Source of the DNA: a virus
Taxonomy: Duplodnaviria > Caudoviricetes
DNA length: 32,557 bases
Reading direction: 5' to 3' (one strand)
IMG/VR virus record: IMGVR_UViG_3300033076_000670
Location: 1 to 32,557 of that record
How positions within the stretch are numbered: position 1 is the stretch's first letter; every line of letters begins with the position of its first letter. Position numbers and translations under genes: made by a program. The notes beneath the pieces were generated by a model. It did no database searches. It saw only the letters and a program-made list of their open reading frames with translations, and was not told the DNA's origin. This document shows positions 25,539 to 32,557 of this stretch, one piece after another.

Positions 25539-25763
25539 ATGAGAACTTACCTACCCTACCGCATCGAACAAGTCGGCACCCTCACCAAAGGCGGCTTTGA
25601 TTACCGCATGGAACGCCACTACCCGCATGGCGGCTCACGCTACATGGTTGTGGTCTACCGCAAAGACCGAGTGCACGAGCGCGGTCTTGTGTTCCGTGAC
25701 GAGGCACACTTGCGTGTGTGGGGCAAGGACTTGTTGCCCGTGCAACAAGACTTGTTTGCTTGA
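25539..25763 (+). CDS. Hypothetical early protein (74 aa)
   Basis: MRTYLPYRIEQ...QQDLFA; AAAGGAG RBS. The C-terminal QQDLF resembles the QL[S/D]LF beta-clamp-binding motif. Confidence 0.75.
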   Translation: MRTYLPYRIEQVGTLTKGGFDYRMERHYPHGGSRYMVVVYRKDRVHERGLVFRDEAHLRVWGKDLLPVQQDLFA

Positions 25764-25766
25764 TTC

Positions 25767-25782
25767 TGGGACATTTGTCCCA
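25767..25782. repeat. Palindromic repeat copy 3
   Basis: Context TGA-TTC-TGGGACATTTGTCCCA-C. Confidence 0.95.
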
Positions 25783-25836
25783 CAACCATGTCTGGCAGTC
25801 GGAAGAATCTTGTTTTTCAGGGGTGTGCCAAGATTG

Positions 25837-26105
25837 CACCGACTAGCTACCAACTCAGACACTTCCCAACCCGCATGGATTGGGCGTGTCGCCAAAAATC
25901 GTCCTTTATATATATCTTTTTCTAATATATTTATATATATAGGGGAGTATTTATATATGTGTGTTCTTTCCGTCTTTTGTGCGGACTCTTTTTTCTTTGT
26001 TTGCTTTAGCCCATTGTGGAAATTCGATATACAATTAGGTCACTTTCCCTCGCAACCCGCACCACACAAGGCTTGCGGAGTGTCCGAGTTGGTAGCCACT
26101 CGGTG
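25837..26105. other. Putative replication origin: AT-rich core flanked by 36-bp inverted repeats
   Basis: Arms 25837-25872 and 26070-26105 match at 30/36; (TA)n-rich core at about 25905-25960; no credible CDS. Confidence 0.5.
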
Positions 26106-26163
26106 AAATCACGGACACTTTTGGGAAAACTGACCTCACCTTGTCTTTCAAAAGGGATAAATC

Positions 26164-26880
26164 ATGCGACTTCGCTTTCGTCATTACATGAAACTCACAG
26201 AGAATGAACTTCTCAACCGCTTGCAAAAGCGCAAACTCCACGGCTCAGCCATTGAGGAAATCATGCGCATCGTTGCCGAACAGAAATCAGCCTTGCGCAA
26301 ACAGCGTGGAAAAATCTTCCAGCATGACCGAATGTGGGAAGAACTGATGCTGCCATTGAAGTATGAGCGCAAGAATGTGAAGGCGCTGATGCGTTACCCC
26401 GCATCGGAAGAACGCAAGATTGCACTGGATGCCTATCACGCTACGCTCGACAAGCTGGTGGGCAAGATGACCCTGCAACAAAGGGCGCGTGACTTCACGC
26501 CATATCAGATTGCGCGTGCCGCGAACCGACCCAACAACGGGGTGCATTGGTCAGACTGGGTATCCCCAAGCGAGAAGAACCGCATCAGCCTGCTGTTCGA
26601 TGCCATACCCAAGAAGCTCAAGGCTAAGAAGAAACTACCCTTTGAGCGCACCGTCCCCAAAACGCTGTGGTCACAGCTACACACACGCCTGCTGACACGG
26701 ACACAGAAGGAACTAGCGCAGGCACAGCATCAGCTCGATGTCGCCAAGATGGGCGGCGAGCAGGAACAGATCGACAAGTACACCGACAAGGTGTTAAACA
26801 TTGGACAAGCCCTGACATGGATACAAGACGCGAAGGTAGGCGAAGCCCTGCCTGTCACATGGCATGGATATTTCTATTGA
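26164..26880 (+). CDS. Hypothetical basic helical protein
   Basis: 238 aa, Lys/Arg-rich; AAGGGA RBS; stop TGA fused to a repeat copy. Confidence 0.8.
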   Translation: MRLRFRHYMKLTENELLNRLQKRKLHGSAIEEIMRIVAEQKSALRKQRGKIFQHDRMWEELMLPLKYERKNVKALMRYPASEERKIALDAYHATLDKLVGKMTLQQRARDFTPYQIARAANRPNNGVHWSDWVSPSEKNRISLLFDAIPKKLKAKKKLPFERTVPKTLWSQLHTRLLTRTQKELAQAQHQLDVAKMGGEQEQIDKYTDKVLNIGQALTWIQDAKVGEALPVTWHGYFY

Positions 26881-26883
26881 TTC

Positions 26884-26899
26884 TGGGACATTTGTCCCA
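26884..26899. repeat. Palindromic repeat copy 4
   Basis: Context TGA-TTC-TGGGACATTTGTCCCA-C. Confidence 0.95.
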
Positions 26900-26962
26900 C
26901 AAAGGGTGCGAGGAACTGGCTACGCCGCGCACCTTACCGCTACTAGCCGAAGGAGAAACAAA

Positions 26963-27118
26963 ATGACACAACCAACCATTGAAAACCTGCAAGCTATATG
27001 GGAACAGCTCAACGGGGCGCTCTATGACCTTGAGCATGGCACCCCTGCTGACGCAATACCTGCGATCGAGGACTGCATCAAACGCCTTGAAGCCTTGGGC
27101 GTGGGAGAAAGCAAATGA
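26963..27118 (+). CDS. Hypothetical protein (51 aa)
   Basis: MTQPTIENLQ...; RBS-start AAGGAGAAACAAAATG. Confidence 0.75.
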   Translation: MTQPTIENLQAIWEQLNGALYDLEHGTPADAIPAIEDCIKRLEALGVGESK

Positions 27119-27351
27119 TTGAGATAAAACTGACGGCAGACACAGCCCAAGCCGTGCTGTGGGCGATGAGGGAACACCTCAAGCAACGCACCCCTGTGCG
27201 TGAGTATGTAGACACACGCTACGCCAGCCACGACGAGGCGTTTCGCAACACCAAGATAGGCGAGGTGCAGGAGAGGATTAACAGGTTGAAGTCGTTCAAC
27301 GACCGCCTGTTGACGCAGGTAGCTATGCAACCACAAGGAGAAACAAAATGA
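27115..27351 (+). CDS. Hypothetical protein (78 aa)
   Basis: ATGA overlaps at both ends; GGAG RBS. Confidence 0.75.
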   Translation: MIEIKLTADTAQAVLWAMREHLKQRTPVREYVDTRYASHDEAFRNTKIGEVQERINRLKSFNDRLLTQVAMQPQGETK

Positions 27352-27533
27352 AAACGAAACGACTGCTCGACTTTATGAATGACAACGCCTTGGGGCGTGC
27401 GTTCGTGGCACAAGCCTTGTATGAGTACGCGCTCAAGATGAAAGACGCTGAGCTACCAGAGAACACGCTCATCCACCCTGCCGCATGGCGTGAGTGTGCG
27501 CGTGAGGTAATCAAAGTTGTGGAGGAAGTATGA
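27348..27533 (+). CDS. Hypothetical protein (61 aa)
   Basis: RBS-start AAGGAGAAACAAAATG; ATGA overlaps. Confidence 0.75.
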   Translation: MKTKRLLDFMNDNALGRAFVAQALYEYALKMKDAELPENTLIHPAAWRECAREVIKVVEEV

Positions 27534-27706
27534 AAGTAGGAGATTTAGTGCGCGCCTTGTCGGTGCTACCCCAAGATGCAGATGTGTATGTATGGGATGC
27601 AGGCGACAGGCTCAAGCTCGTGAGCGTAGATGATTCGTTTCTCAGTGACGACTATCCATTCGTTGATTTGAACACCGACACAGATGACACAAAGGAGTCA
27701 GTATGA
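27530..27706 (+). CDS. Acidic hypothetical protein (58 aa)
   Basis: Not in the track; MKVGDLVRALSVLPQDADVYVW...; GGAGG RBS; ATGA overlaps. Confidence 0.75.
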   Translation: MKVGDLVRALSVLPQDADVYVWDAGDRLKLVSVDDSFLSDDYPFVDLNTDTDDTKESV

Positions 27707-27864
27707 AATCAGTGACCATGAAGATAGACGGCATCACAGTAGCTGTGCTCGTTGAGCACGAGACGCTACAAGGTAAAGACTTCGATGAGCTGTGCACAGC
27801 TCTGTTATTAACCATAGCCAACCAAACAGGAAAGCCCGTAAGCAAGGAGGTGAGCGAGGGGTGA
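27703..27864 (+). CDS. Hypothetical protein (53 aa)
   Basis: Not in the track; MKSVTMKIDGITVAVLVEHE...; AAAGGAG RBS. Confidence 0.7.
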   Translation: MKSVTMKIDGITVAVLVEHETLQGKDFDELCTALLLTIANQTGKPVSKEVSEG

Positions 27865-27874
27865 GCCCCCTCTG

Positions 27875-27899
27875 ACGACCAGTGTCTTTCTTTTGTGGG
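27875..27899 (+). repeat. 25-bp direct repeat, left copy
   Basis: ACGACCAGTGTCTTTCTTTTGTGGG; 24/25 identical to 31398-31422. Confidence 0.9.
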
Positions 27900-27934
27900 G
27901 GCGCGGAAACGCCCAGTTCAAACCACAACCATTC

Positions 27935-27950
27935 TGGGACATTTGTCCCA
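27935..27950. repeat. Palindromic repeat copy 5
   Basis: Context ATTC-TGGGACATTTGTCCCA-C; upstream of the amidoligase RBS. Confidence 0.95.
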
Positions 27951-27975
27951 CTAACGCAAACCAAAGGAGAACATC

Positions 27976-29769
27976 ATGCGTTATTTCTATCTGACTTTTC
28001 AAACTCGTTCTGCTCGCACACCTAGCAAGCTGCTGAGCAAGCGCTTCTACATCATGCGCACGACCAAATACTTCATGTATCAGGAAGTGTTGTCGCACCA
28101 AGCCAATGCGTTCCATGACGACCCTCGTGACTCTAACGGCGACACCTATCTTGGCGGCACAAGCAACGGCGTGTTAGGCGGCGTGCGCGACGAGGCGCAC
28201 TTCTTCGAGGAGTTCCGCCATCAGTTCGCAAACGAGCTACTCAATGTGCACATGACCGAGATGACGCCGATGCAACGCAAGTGGTTCACCACCACACCCG
28301 AGGCTTATTGGTATGTGGACTCCATGCTCAGCCGACTGTACATGAGCAACCGCGAGAACCGCGCCTATGACAACTGCATCGAGCGCATCCGCAATATGCG
28401 TAGCTTGCGGCTACTGGGTAGGTCACGCACCAGCGACGCTCAGATTCACTACAAGGGTAGCTATCACTCCAACCCATCGCTGTTCCTGAGTGGCAAGCAA
28501 GCGATGCGTGACTTGGCAACTGTTGTCAATCGTGCAATCAAAGACGAGGACACCGACTCGCTCGATGAGTTCTTCGTTGACAATGGCGCATCTGTGCGTG
28601 GCATACCACTCAACCCCATCTTCGACCGCATCAAGGAAGCGCTCGACACCAACCACCGCATAGACATGGGCGTCACCTATTGCGACTGTGGTCACTTCGA
28701 GCGTAACGATGACACACACGAGGTGCGTGGCGATACATGGTGCGAGTCATGCTTCAACGACGAGGCTGTGTATGTCGAAGATCGTGACGAGTATTGGCCA
28801 CGCGATGACGCTTACTGGTCTGACCGACACGATGCGTATTACTCGTATGACCGCGATGACGAAGACGATGAGAGTCAAGACCCTGACGACCTGTTGGAGT
28901 ATTCAACCAATGTACTCAACCACATCAGCCCTGACCCTAAGATCAAGTCGTCACCACACGGCGAGTTCTTGATGGGTATCGAGTTCGAGATGACCACCGA
29001 GGGTCGTGTGCGTTCGGCTGTTACTGATGTGCGTGACCAACTCGGTGACGGCTACTGTGTGTGCAAGTATGACGGCTCGCTGTCTGACGGCGGCTTGGAG
29101 ATTGTGACTGCACCTCGTGGCTTGCCCGAGCACATTCGCAGGTTCAAGGCGTGGAATGTCAACAGCTCGTATCGTGCATGGGATCGTAAGTGTTGCGGTA
29201 TGCACATCCACATCGACAGTCATGCGTTCACTCAGATGACGCTCGGCAAGTTCATCATGTTCATCAACGACCGCAACAACATGGAGTTCATCCGCAAGAT
29301 TGCAGGTCGACACCCCGAGCGTGATGACCAAGCTCGCACCTATGCGGCGGCTGAAGATCAGCAAGTGCTTGTCAATCCAAGCAAGGCTGTCAAGGGTAAG
29401 TCGTATGAGCGCTATCGCATGGTCAACTTGCAGAACTTGTCTGTGCGTGAGTCCAACCGCCTCGGCTTTGGCAATCGCTTCGATGAGGGTCGCTACGATA
29501 CTGTCGAGGTTCGCATCTTCCGCGCGTCACTCAAGAAAGAACGCTTGCTTGCACAGATCGAGTTCACCCATGCGGCTGTCATGTTCTGTCGTGTTGCATC
29601 GTGGCGTGAGCTTAACCAGACTACTTTCCTCAAGTGGCTCAAGGGTTCAGCCGCTGGCTTGTATCCACACCTCGCTGACTGGTATGGCGTTCGTCGTCGT
29701 GTGCCTGTGTGCAACGAGGGCAAGCAAGCGGTATGCGAAGACCAACCCGAAACTGTGGAGGGCGACTGA
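27976..29769 (+). CDS. Amidoligase (COOH-NH2 ligase, GCS2/glutamine-synthetase-like fold) with N-terminal extension and Zn finger
   Basis: GIEFE, KYDGSL, LEIVT, CGMHIH, RYRMVN and TVEVRIF motifs; CDCGH...WCESC and an acidic linker upstream. Confidence 0.85.
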   Translation: MRYFYLTFQTRSARTPSKLLSKRFYIMRTTKYFMYQEVLSHQANAFHDDPRDSNGDTYLGGTSNGVLGGVRDEAHFFEEFRHQFANELLNVHMTEMTPMQRKWFTTTPEAYWYVDSMLSRLYMSNRENRAYDNCIERIRNMRSLRLLGRSRTSDAQIHYKGSYHSNPSLFLSGKQAMRDLATVVNRAIKDEDTDSLDEFFVDNGASVRGIPLNPIFDRIKEALDTNHRIDMGVTYCDCGHFERNDDTHEVRGDTWCESCFNDEAVYVEDRDEYWPRDDAYWSDRHDAYYSYDRDDEDDESQDPDDLLEYSTNVLNHISPDPKIKSSPHGEFLMGIEFEMTTEGRVRSAVTDVRDQLGDGYCVCKYDGSLSDGGLEIVTAPRGLPEHIRRFKAWNVNSSYRAWDRKCCGMHIHIDSHAFTQMTLGKFIMFINDRNNMEFIRKIAGRHPERDDQARTYAAAEDQQVLVNPSKAVKGKSYERYRMVNLQNLSVRESNRLGFGNRFDEGRYDTVEVRIFRASLKKERLLAQIEFTHAAVMFCRVASWRELNQTTFLKWLKGSAAGLYPHLADWYGVRRRVPVCNEGKQAVCEDQPETVEGD

Positions 29770-30226
29770 CGTCGTAGCGTTCCTTCCCGAACCTAGGACA
29801 ACGCGCAGGGGTAGGGCTGTTGACGAGGCAACTCGTCTGAGCTTACTCACGCCCGAACAGCGTGCTGAGTTACAGCGCCAGCGTGAAGAACGTGACAGGC
29901 AGTATGCAATAGCTGAGGCACGTAGACGTGCAGAGATAGACGCACAGTTCGCTGATGCGTATACGACCTATCGTGCTGAACGCTATGACATGGCATGGGT
30001 AAACGATAGCCCTGTTCGGGGCGTTCACTACAACCTGTTCTTCGATGTGCCTGTAACACGGCGCGAGCCTACACCAACGCTGTCACTTGCCGAACGCTTT
30101 AACGCGGCTGTGCAGGAAGCAAGTCGTTGTGCTCAACGAGGTGACACGCTTGGGCGTGTAGCCGCAACCCGTATGGCGAATGACCTTCGCCAGCAAATCC
30201 TTCAACAAACACTTTCAACAATCTAA
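29684..30226 (+). CDS. Orphan Arg/Ala/Glu-rich ORF (start uncertain)
   Basis: An open +1 frame fills the ligase-GATase gap with coiled-coil-like sequence; nearest upstream ATG (29684) lies inside the ligase gene with no SD. Confidence 0.45.
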   Translation: MAFVVVCLCATRASKRYAKTNPKLWRATDVVAFLPEPRTTRRGRAVDEATRLSLLTPEQRAELQRQREERDRQYAIAEARRRAEIDAQFADAYTTYRAERYDMAWVNDSPVRGVHYNLFFDVPVTRREPTPTLSLAERFNAAVQEASRCAQRGDTLGRVAATRMANDLRQQILQQTLSTI

Positions 30227-30239
30227 TCAGGAGTTTCTT

Positions 30240-31397
30240 ATGTGTCTCATCATTACTGGCAAATCTGCTCAAATCCGTTCTACTCTGCTCAACACACATG
30301 GTATGTTGGCTGATGTGTATTCTTCCAACCCTGACGGTATCGGCATCATGTATGGCTCGACCAAAGGCTTGCGTGTCATCAAGACGCTGCCCAAGAATCT
30401 AGGTGACGCAACGGCTTTCATCCGCAAGCTACCCAACGATGACCGCGACTTGGCTATTCACTTCCGCTGGACTACGCATGGTCACACCGACTTGCACAAC
30501 TGCCACCCCTATGACGTCACGCCCGGCTACATCTCAATGATGCACAACGGCATCTTGCACACAGGTAACGCCAAGGACACAGCGCGTAGTGATACGTATC
30601 ACTTCATTCAAGACTACTTGCGTGAGGCTGTGCATGACGCGCCTACCCTCATCCACAACGAGGGGTTCTTGACTATGGTTGCCGAGTTCATTGGCGACAA
30701 TCGCTTCGTGTTCATGGATGGTGAGGGTCGTATGTCTCATGTCAACTATGACCAAGGCATCGAGCATGACGGCTTGTGGTTCAGCAATACCTACGCATGG
30801 ACTCCGACCAAGCTCATCCCCAACTACTTCCGTTCGAGCAAGCACACCAAGCGCTACGCTACTGCTTACAACAACTCATACAACGCCTACCTTGACGGCG
30901 ACTATGACGACGAGATGTACGGCTATCGTGGCCACGGCGCTAACCTCAACACAGCGCTCACGCACACACCCAAGGCACACGAGGCAGGGTATGACGAGGA
31001 AGCGTTCACTTGGGATGACGAGAACGAAGCCATTACCAAAGACGGCTATGCCGAGACAGCGTTGTCGATCGAGAACCTTTCACAGTTCCTGTTCGAGTCT
31101 GACGTTGACTCACTTGAGTATCTGCTCGAGGAGTTGCCCATCACGACCATCAACACCATCATGCACAACTTCAAGGCAAGCGCTACGCGCTTCACCAAGG
31201 CTGAGGACTTGACCTCTTACGAGGAGGACATTTACCTTGCGCTGATGGATGGTGATGTTGCGGCGATGCACGACTTCGTGCGTGACGGGCGTGCGTCTGC
31301 GATTGTTGCCGAGGTCATGGCTTACTACTTGGAGTGGGAGCGCAAGGAGCCAGAGGTCAAGGTGACTGGCGTGCCGATGCTGCCTGCCCTTCTGTAA
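30240..31397 (+). CDS. Class II (Ntn) glutamine amidotransferase with acidic C-terminal extension
   Basis: Starts M-C-L-I-I (catalytic Cys) after AGGAG; NPDGIG, HFRWTTHG, NCHPY, MHNG and SDT motifs. Confidence 0.9.
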   Translation: MCLIITGKSAQIRSTLLNTHGMLADVYSSNPDGIGIMYGSTKGLRVIKTLPKNLGDATAFIRKLPNDDRDLAIHFRWTTHGHTDLHNCHPYDVTPGYISMMHNGILHTGNAKDTARSDTYHFIQDYLREAVHDAPTLIHNEGFLTMVAEFIGDNRFVFMDGEGRMSHVNYDQGIEHDGLWFSNTYAWTPTKLIPNYFRSSKHTKRYATAYNNSYNAYLDGDYDDEMYGYRGHGANLNTALTHTPKAHEAGYDEEAFTWDDENEAITKDGYAETALSIENLSQFLFESDVDSLEYLLEELPITTINTIMHNFKASATRFTKAEDLTSYEEDIYLALMDGDVAAMHDFVRDGRASAIVAEVMAYYLEWERKEPEVKVTGVPMLPALL

Positions 31398-31422
31398 ACG
31401 ACCAGTGTCTTTCTTTCGTGGG
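31398..31422 (+). repeat. 25-bp direct repeat, right copy
   Basis: ACGACCAGTGTCTTTCTTTCGTGGG immediately after the GATase TAA. Confidence 0.9.
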
Positions 31423-31469
31423 AGGGGGTACCCCCTCCCTGTTTAACGGGGTGTAGTCACCCCATTTTT
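31420..31469 (+). terminator. Tandem hairpins / possible terminator
   Basis: Perfect palindrome GGGAGGGGGTACCCCCTCCC (31420-31439), then GGGGTG-TAGT-CACCCC-ATTTTT. Confidence 0.5.
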
Positions 31470-31482
31470 AGGAGATAGCCAA

Positions 31483-31815
31483 ATGAAAACAAGTGAACTA
31501 AGTGGAGCCGCACTTGACTGGGCGGTGGCGAAATGTGAGGGGTCGCTAGCGGCCAACACAAACAATGTGTTTGACTTCAAGGAATTTAACTTCAGCCCAT
31601 CAACCGACTGGGCACAAGGCGGGCCGATCATTGAGAGGGAGAAGATTGGTGTTTGGCAGTCTACGGCTATCGAAGGTATGTGGGCGGCAAGGATTGATTT
31701 TAGAGACTTTCGACTGCCAACCTACGGCTCCACACCACTCATCGCCGCTATGCGGTGCTACGTTACATCCTTGGGTGATGAGGTGGAGATACCAGCGGAG
31801 TTAAACAATGGGTGA
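31483..31815 (+). CDS. NinX/DUF2591-family phage protein
   Basis: LSGAALDWAVAK, FSPSTDWAQGGPIIERE and PLIAAMRCYV. Confidence 0.8.
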   Translation: MKTSELSGAALDWAVAKCEGSLAANTNNVFDFKEFNFSPSTDWAQGGPIIEREKIGVWQSTAIEGMWAARIDFRDFRLPTYGSTPLIAAMRCYVTSLGDEVEIPAELNNG

Positions 31816-32074
31816 CATGGGCGAAGTCTTTAACGAGTGGCGGCAAGCCAAGCAAGAGAAGAAGCGTAGCAACATGAAGCAGTCGACCATGCGGTTGCAA
31901 GCCGCTGGCATAGAGTTCACAGTTCACAACTCAGGTATTCATTTAGTGTTGCAGAAAGGAGCAGACACGATTGACTTCTGGCCAAGCACAGGCCTGTGGT
32001 GGATACGCGGCCACCGAAACAAATGCCGTGGTGTTAAGACGTTGATTACTTACATGAAAAGGAGAGAGCAATGA
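31808..32074 (+). CDS. Hypothetical phage protein
   Basis: 88 aa with MGDMGEVF, IDFWPSTGLW and RGVKTLI. Confidence 0.75.
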   Translation: MGDMGEVFNEWRQAKQEKKRSNMKQSTMRLQAAGIEFTVHNSGIHLVLQKGADTIDFWPSTGLWWIRGHRNKCRGVKTLITYMKRREQ

Positions 32075-32436
32075 GTAAGATTTCAAACGCGGCGAAAGCC
32101 GCATCGCTACTGCACCATACGTGGGGCGTTGAAACTATTGACGAGGCGGTAAGGCTGTATGACCTGATCGGTAGCAGTGACGAGCGCGTTGTTGACATAC
32201 TGGATAAGAATCGCGTTGGTGTGTGGGATGCGATTGACCAGCTAAGTCAGGAAGCATGGTGGGAGAACGTGGAAGCGCTAGCCCTGTCTATTGACTCGAC
32301 ACGCGAATACTTTGAGAAGCCGCGCACATGGGTTGGGCTGACGGATGATGAACGAGACAAAATAATTCTAAGTCGTCAGCAACGATGGGAAATTGCCTGC
32401 ATGATCGAAGACAAACTCAAGGAGAAAAACACATGA
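32071..32436 (+). CDS. Hypothetical phage protein
   Basis: 121 aa; C-terminal WVGLTDDE...IEDKLKEKN; AAAGGAG RBS. Confidence 0.75.
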   Translation: MSKISNAAKAASLLHHTWGVETIDEAVRLYDLIGSSDERVVDILDKNRVGVWDAIDQLSQEAWWENVEALALSIDSTREYFEKPRTWVGLTDDERDKIILSRQQRWEIACMIEDKLKEKNT

Positions 32437-32557
32437 CACAGCTATCTAGCAAATCATTACTGGCGCAAGCGCACAACCACGTGTCTGACGCTAAGTTTTT
32501 TATTGACGCAGACCAACGCGACCAAGCGCTCGAGTCCATCGAGATGCTATACAACAT
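32433..32557 (+). CDS. Hypothetical protein (runs off the right edge of the window)
   Basis: MTQLSSKSLLAQAHNHVSDAK...; AAGGAG RBS; ATGA overlap. Confidence 0.65.
   Translation, partial: MTQLSSKSLLAQAHNHVSDAKFFIDADQRDQALESIEMLYN

Noticed and set aside
24911-26207. ORFs 24911-25249, 25597-26106 and 26016-26207
   Set aside because: They overlap better-supported genes or cross the low-complexity origin-like region without an RBS.
25018-27950. Palindromic repeats as a CRISPR array
   Set aside because: Spacing is about 300-1100 bp with whole genes in between, and there are no cas genes.
29767-29796. Stop-codon readthrough or recoding of the ligase TGA
   Set aside because: An in-frame TAG follows after eight codons, and TGA terminates many genes normally.
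30180-30239. ORF-track start of the GATase at 30180
   Set aside because: Ntn enzymes need Cys at position 2; ATG 30240 has the AGGAG RBS.
25051-31397. Restriction-site avoidance in the early arm
   Set aside because: GATC, GGCC and CCGG all occur there; depletion cannot be claimed without counting.

Overview
This 32.6-kb window is part of a tailed dsDNA phage genome. No tape-measure or sheath gene is visible and the portal is large and P22-like, so it is probably podovirus-like; the host cannot be determined from the sequence. Positions 1-24114 form one minus-strand morphogenesis block: TerS, TerL, portal, GroES-like co-chaperonin, scaffold, major capsid, head-completion proteins, a run of tiny Lys-rich proteins, modular tail fibres and a 2OG-Fe(II) oxygenase. 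Positions 24120-25050 are a non-coding switch region. It holds a putative bidirectional promoter, a ~95-nt plus-strand sRNA with an anti-Shine-Dalgarno segment, and a minus-strand array of structured RNAs (an unknown RNA, a degenerate tRNA-Met(CAT), a C4-like RNA and a small junction). Positions 25051-32557 are plus-strand early/accessory genes punctuated by five copies of the palindrome TGGGACA-WW-TGTCCCA. This arm also has an inverted-repeat-flanked AT-rich putative origin and an amidoligase plus glutamine-amidotransferase module bracketed by 25-bp direct repeats. Protein calls come from motifs, gene order and recalled family signatures; no database search was run.
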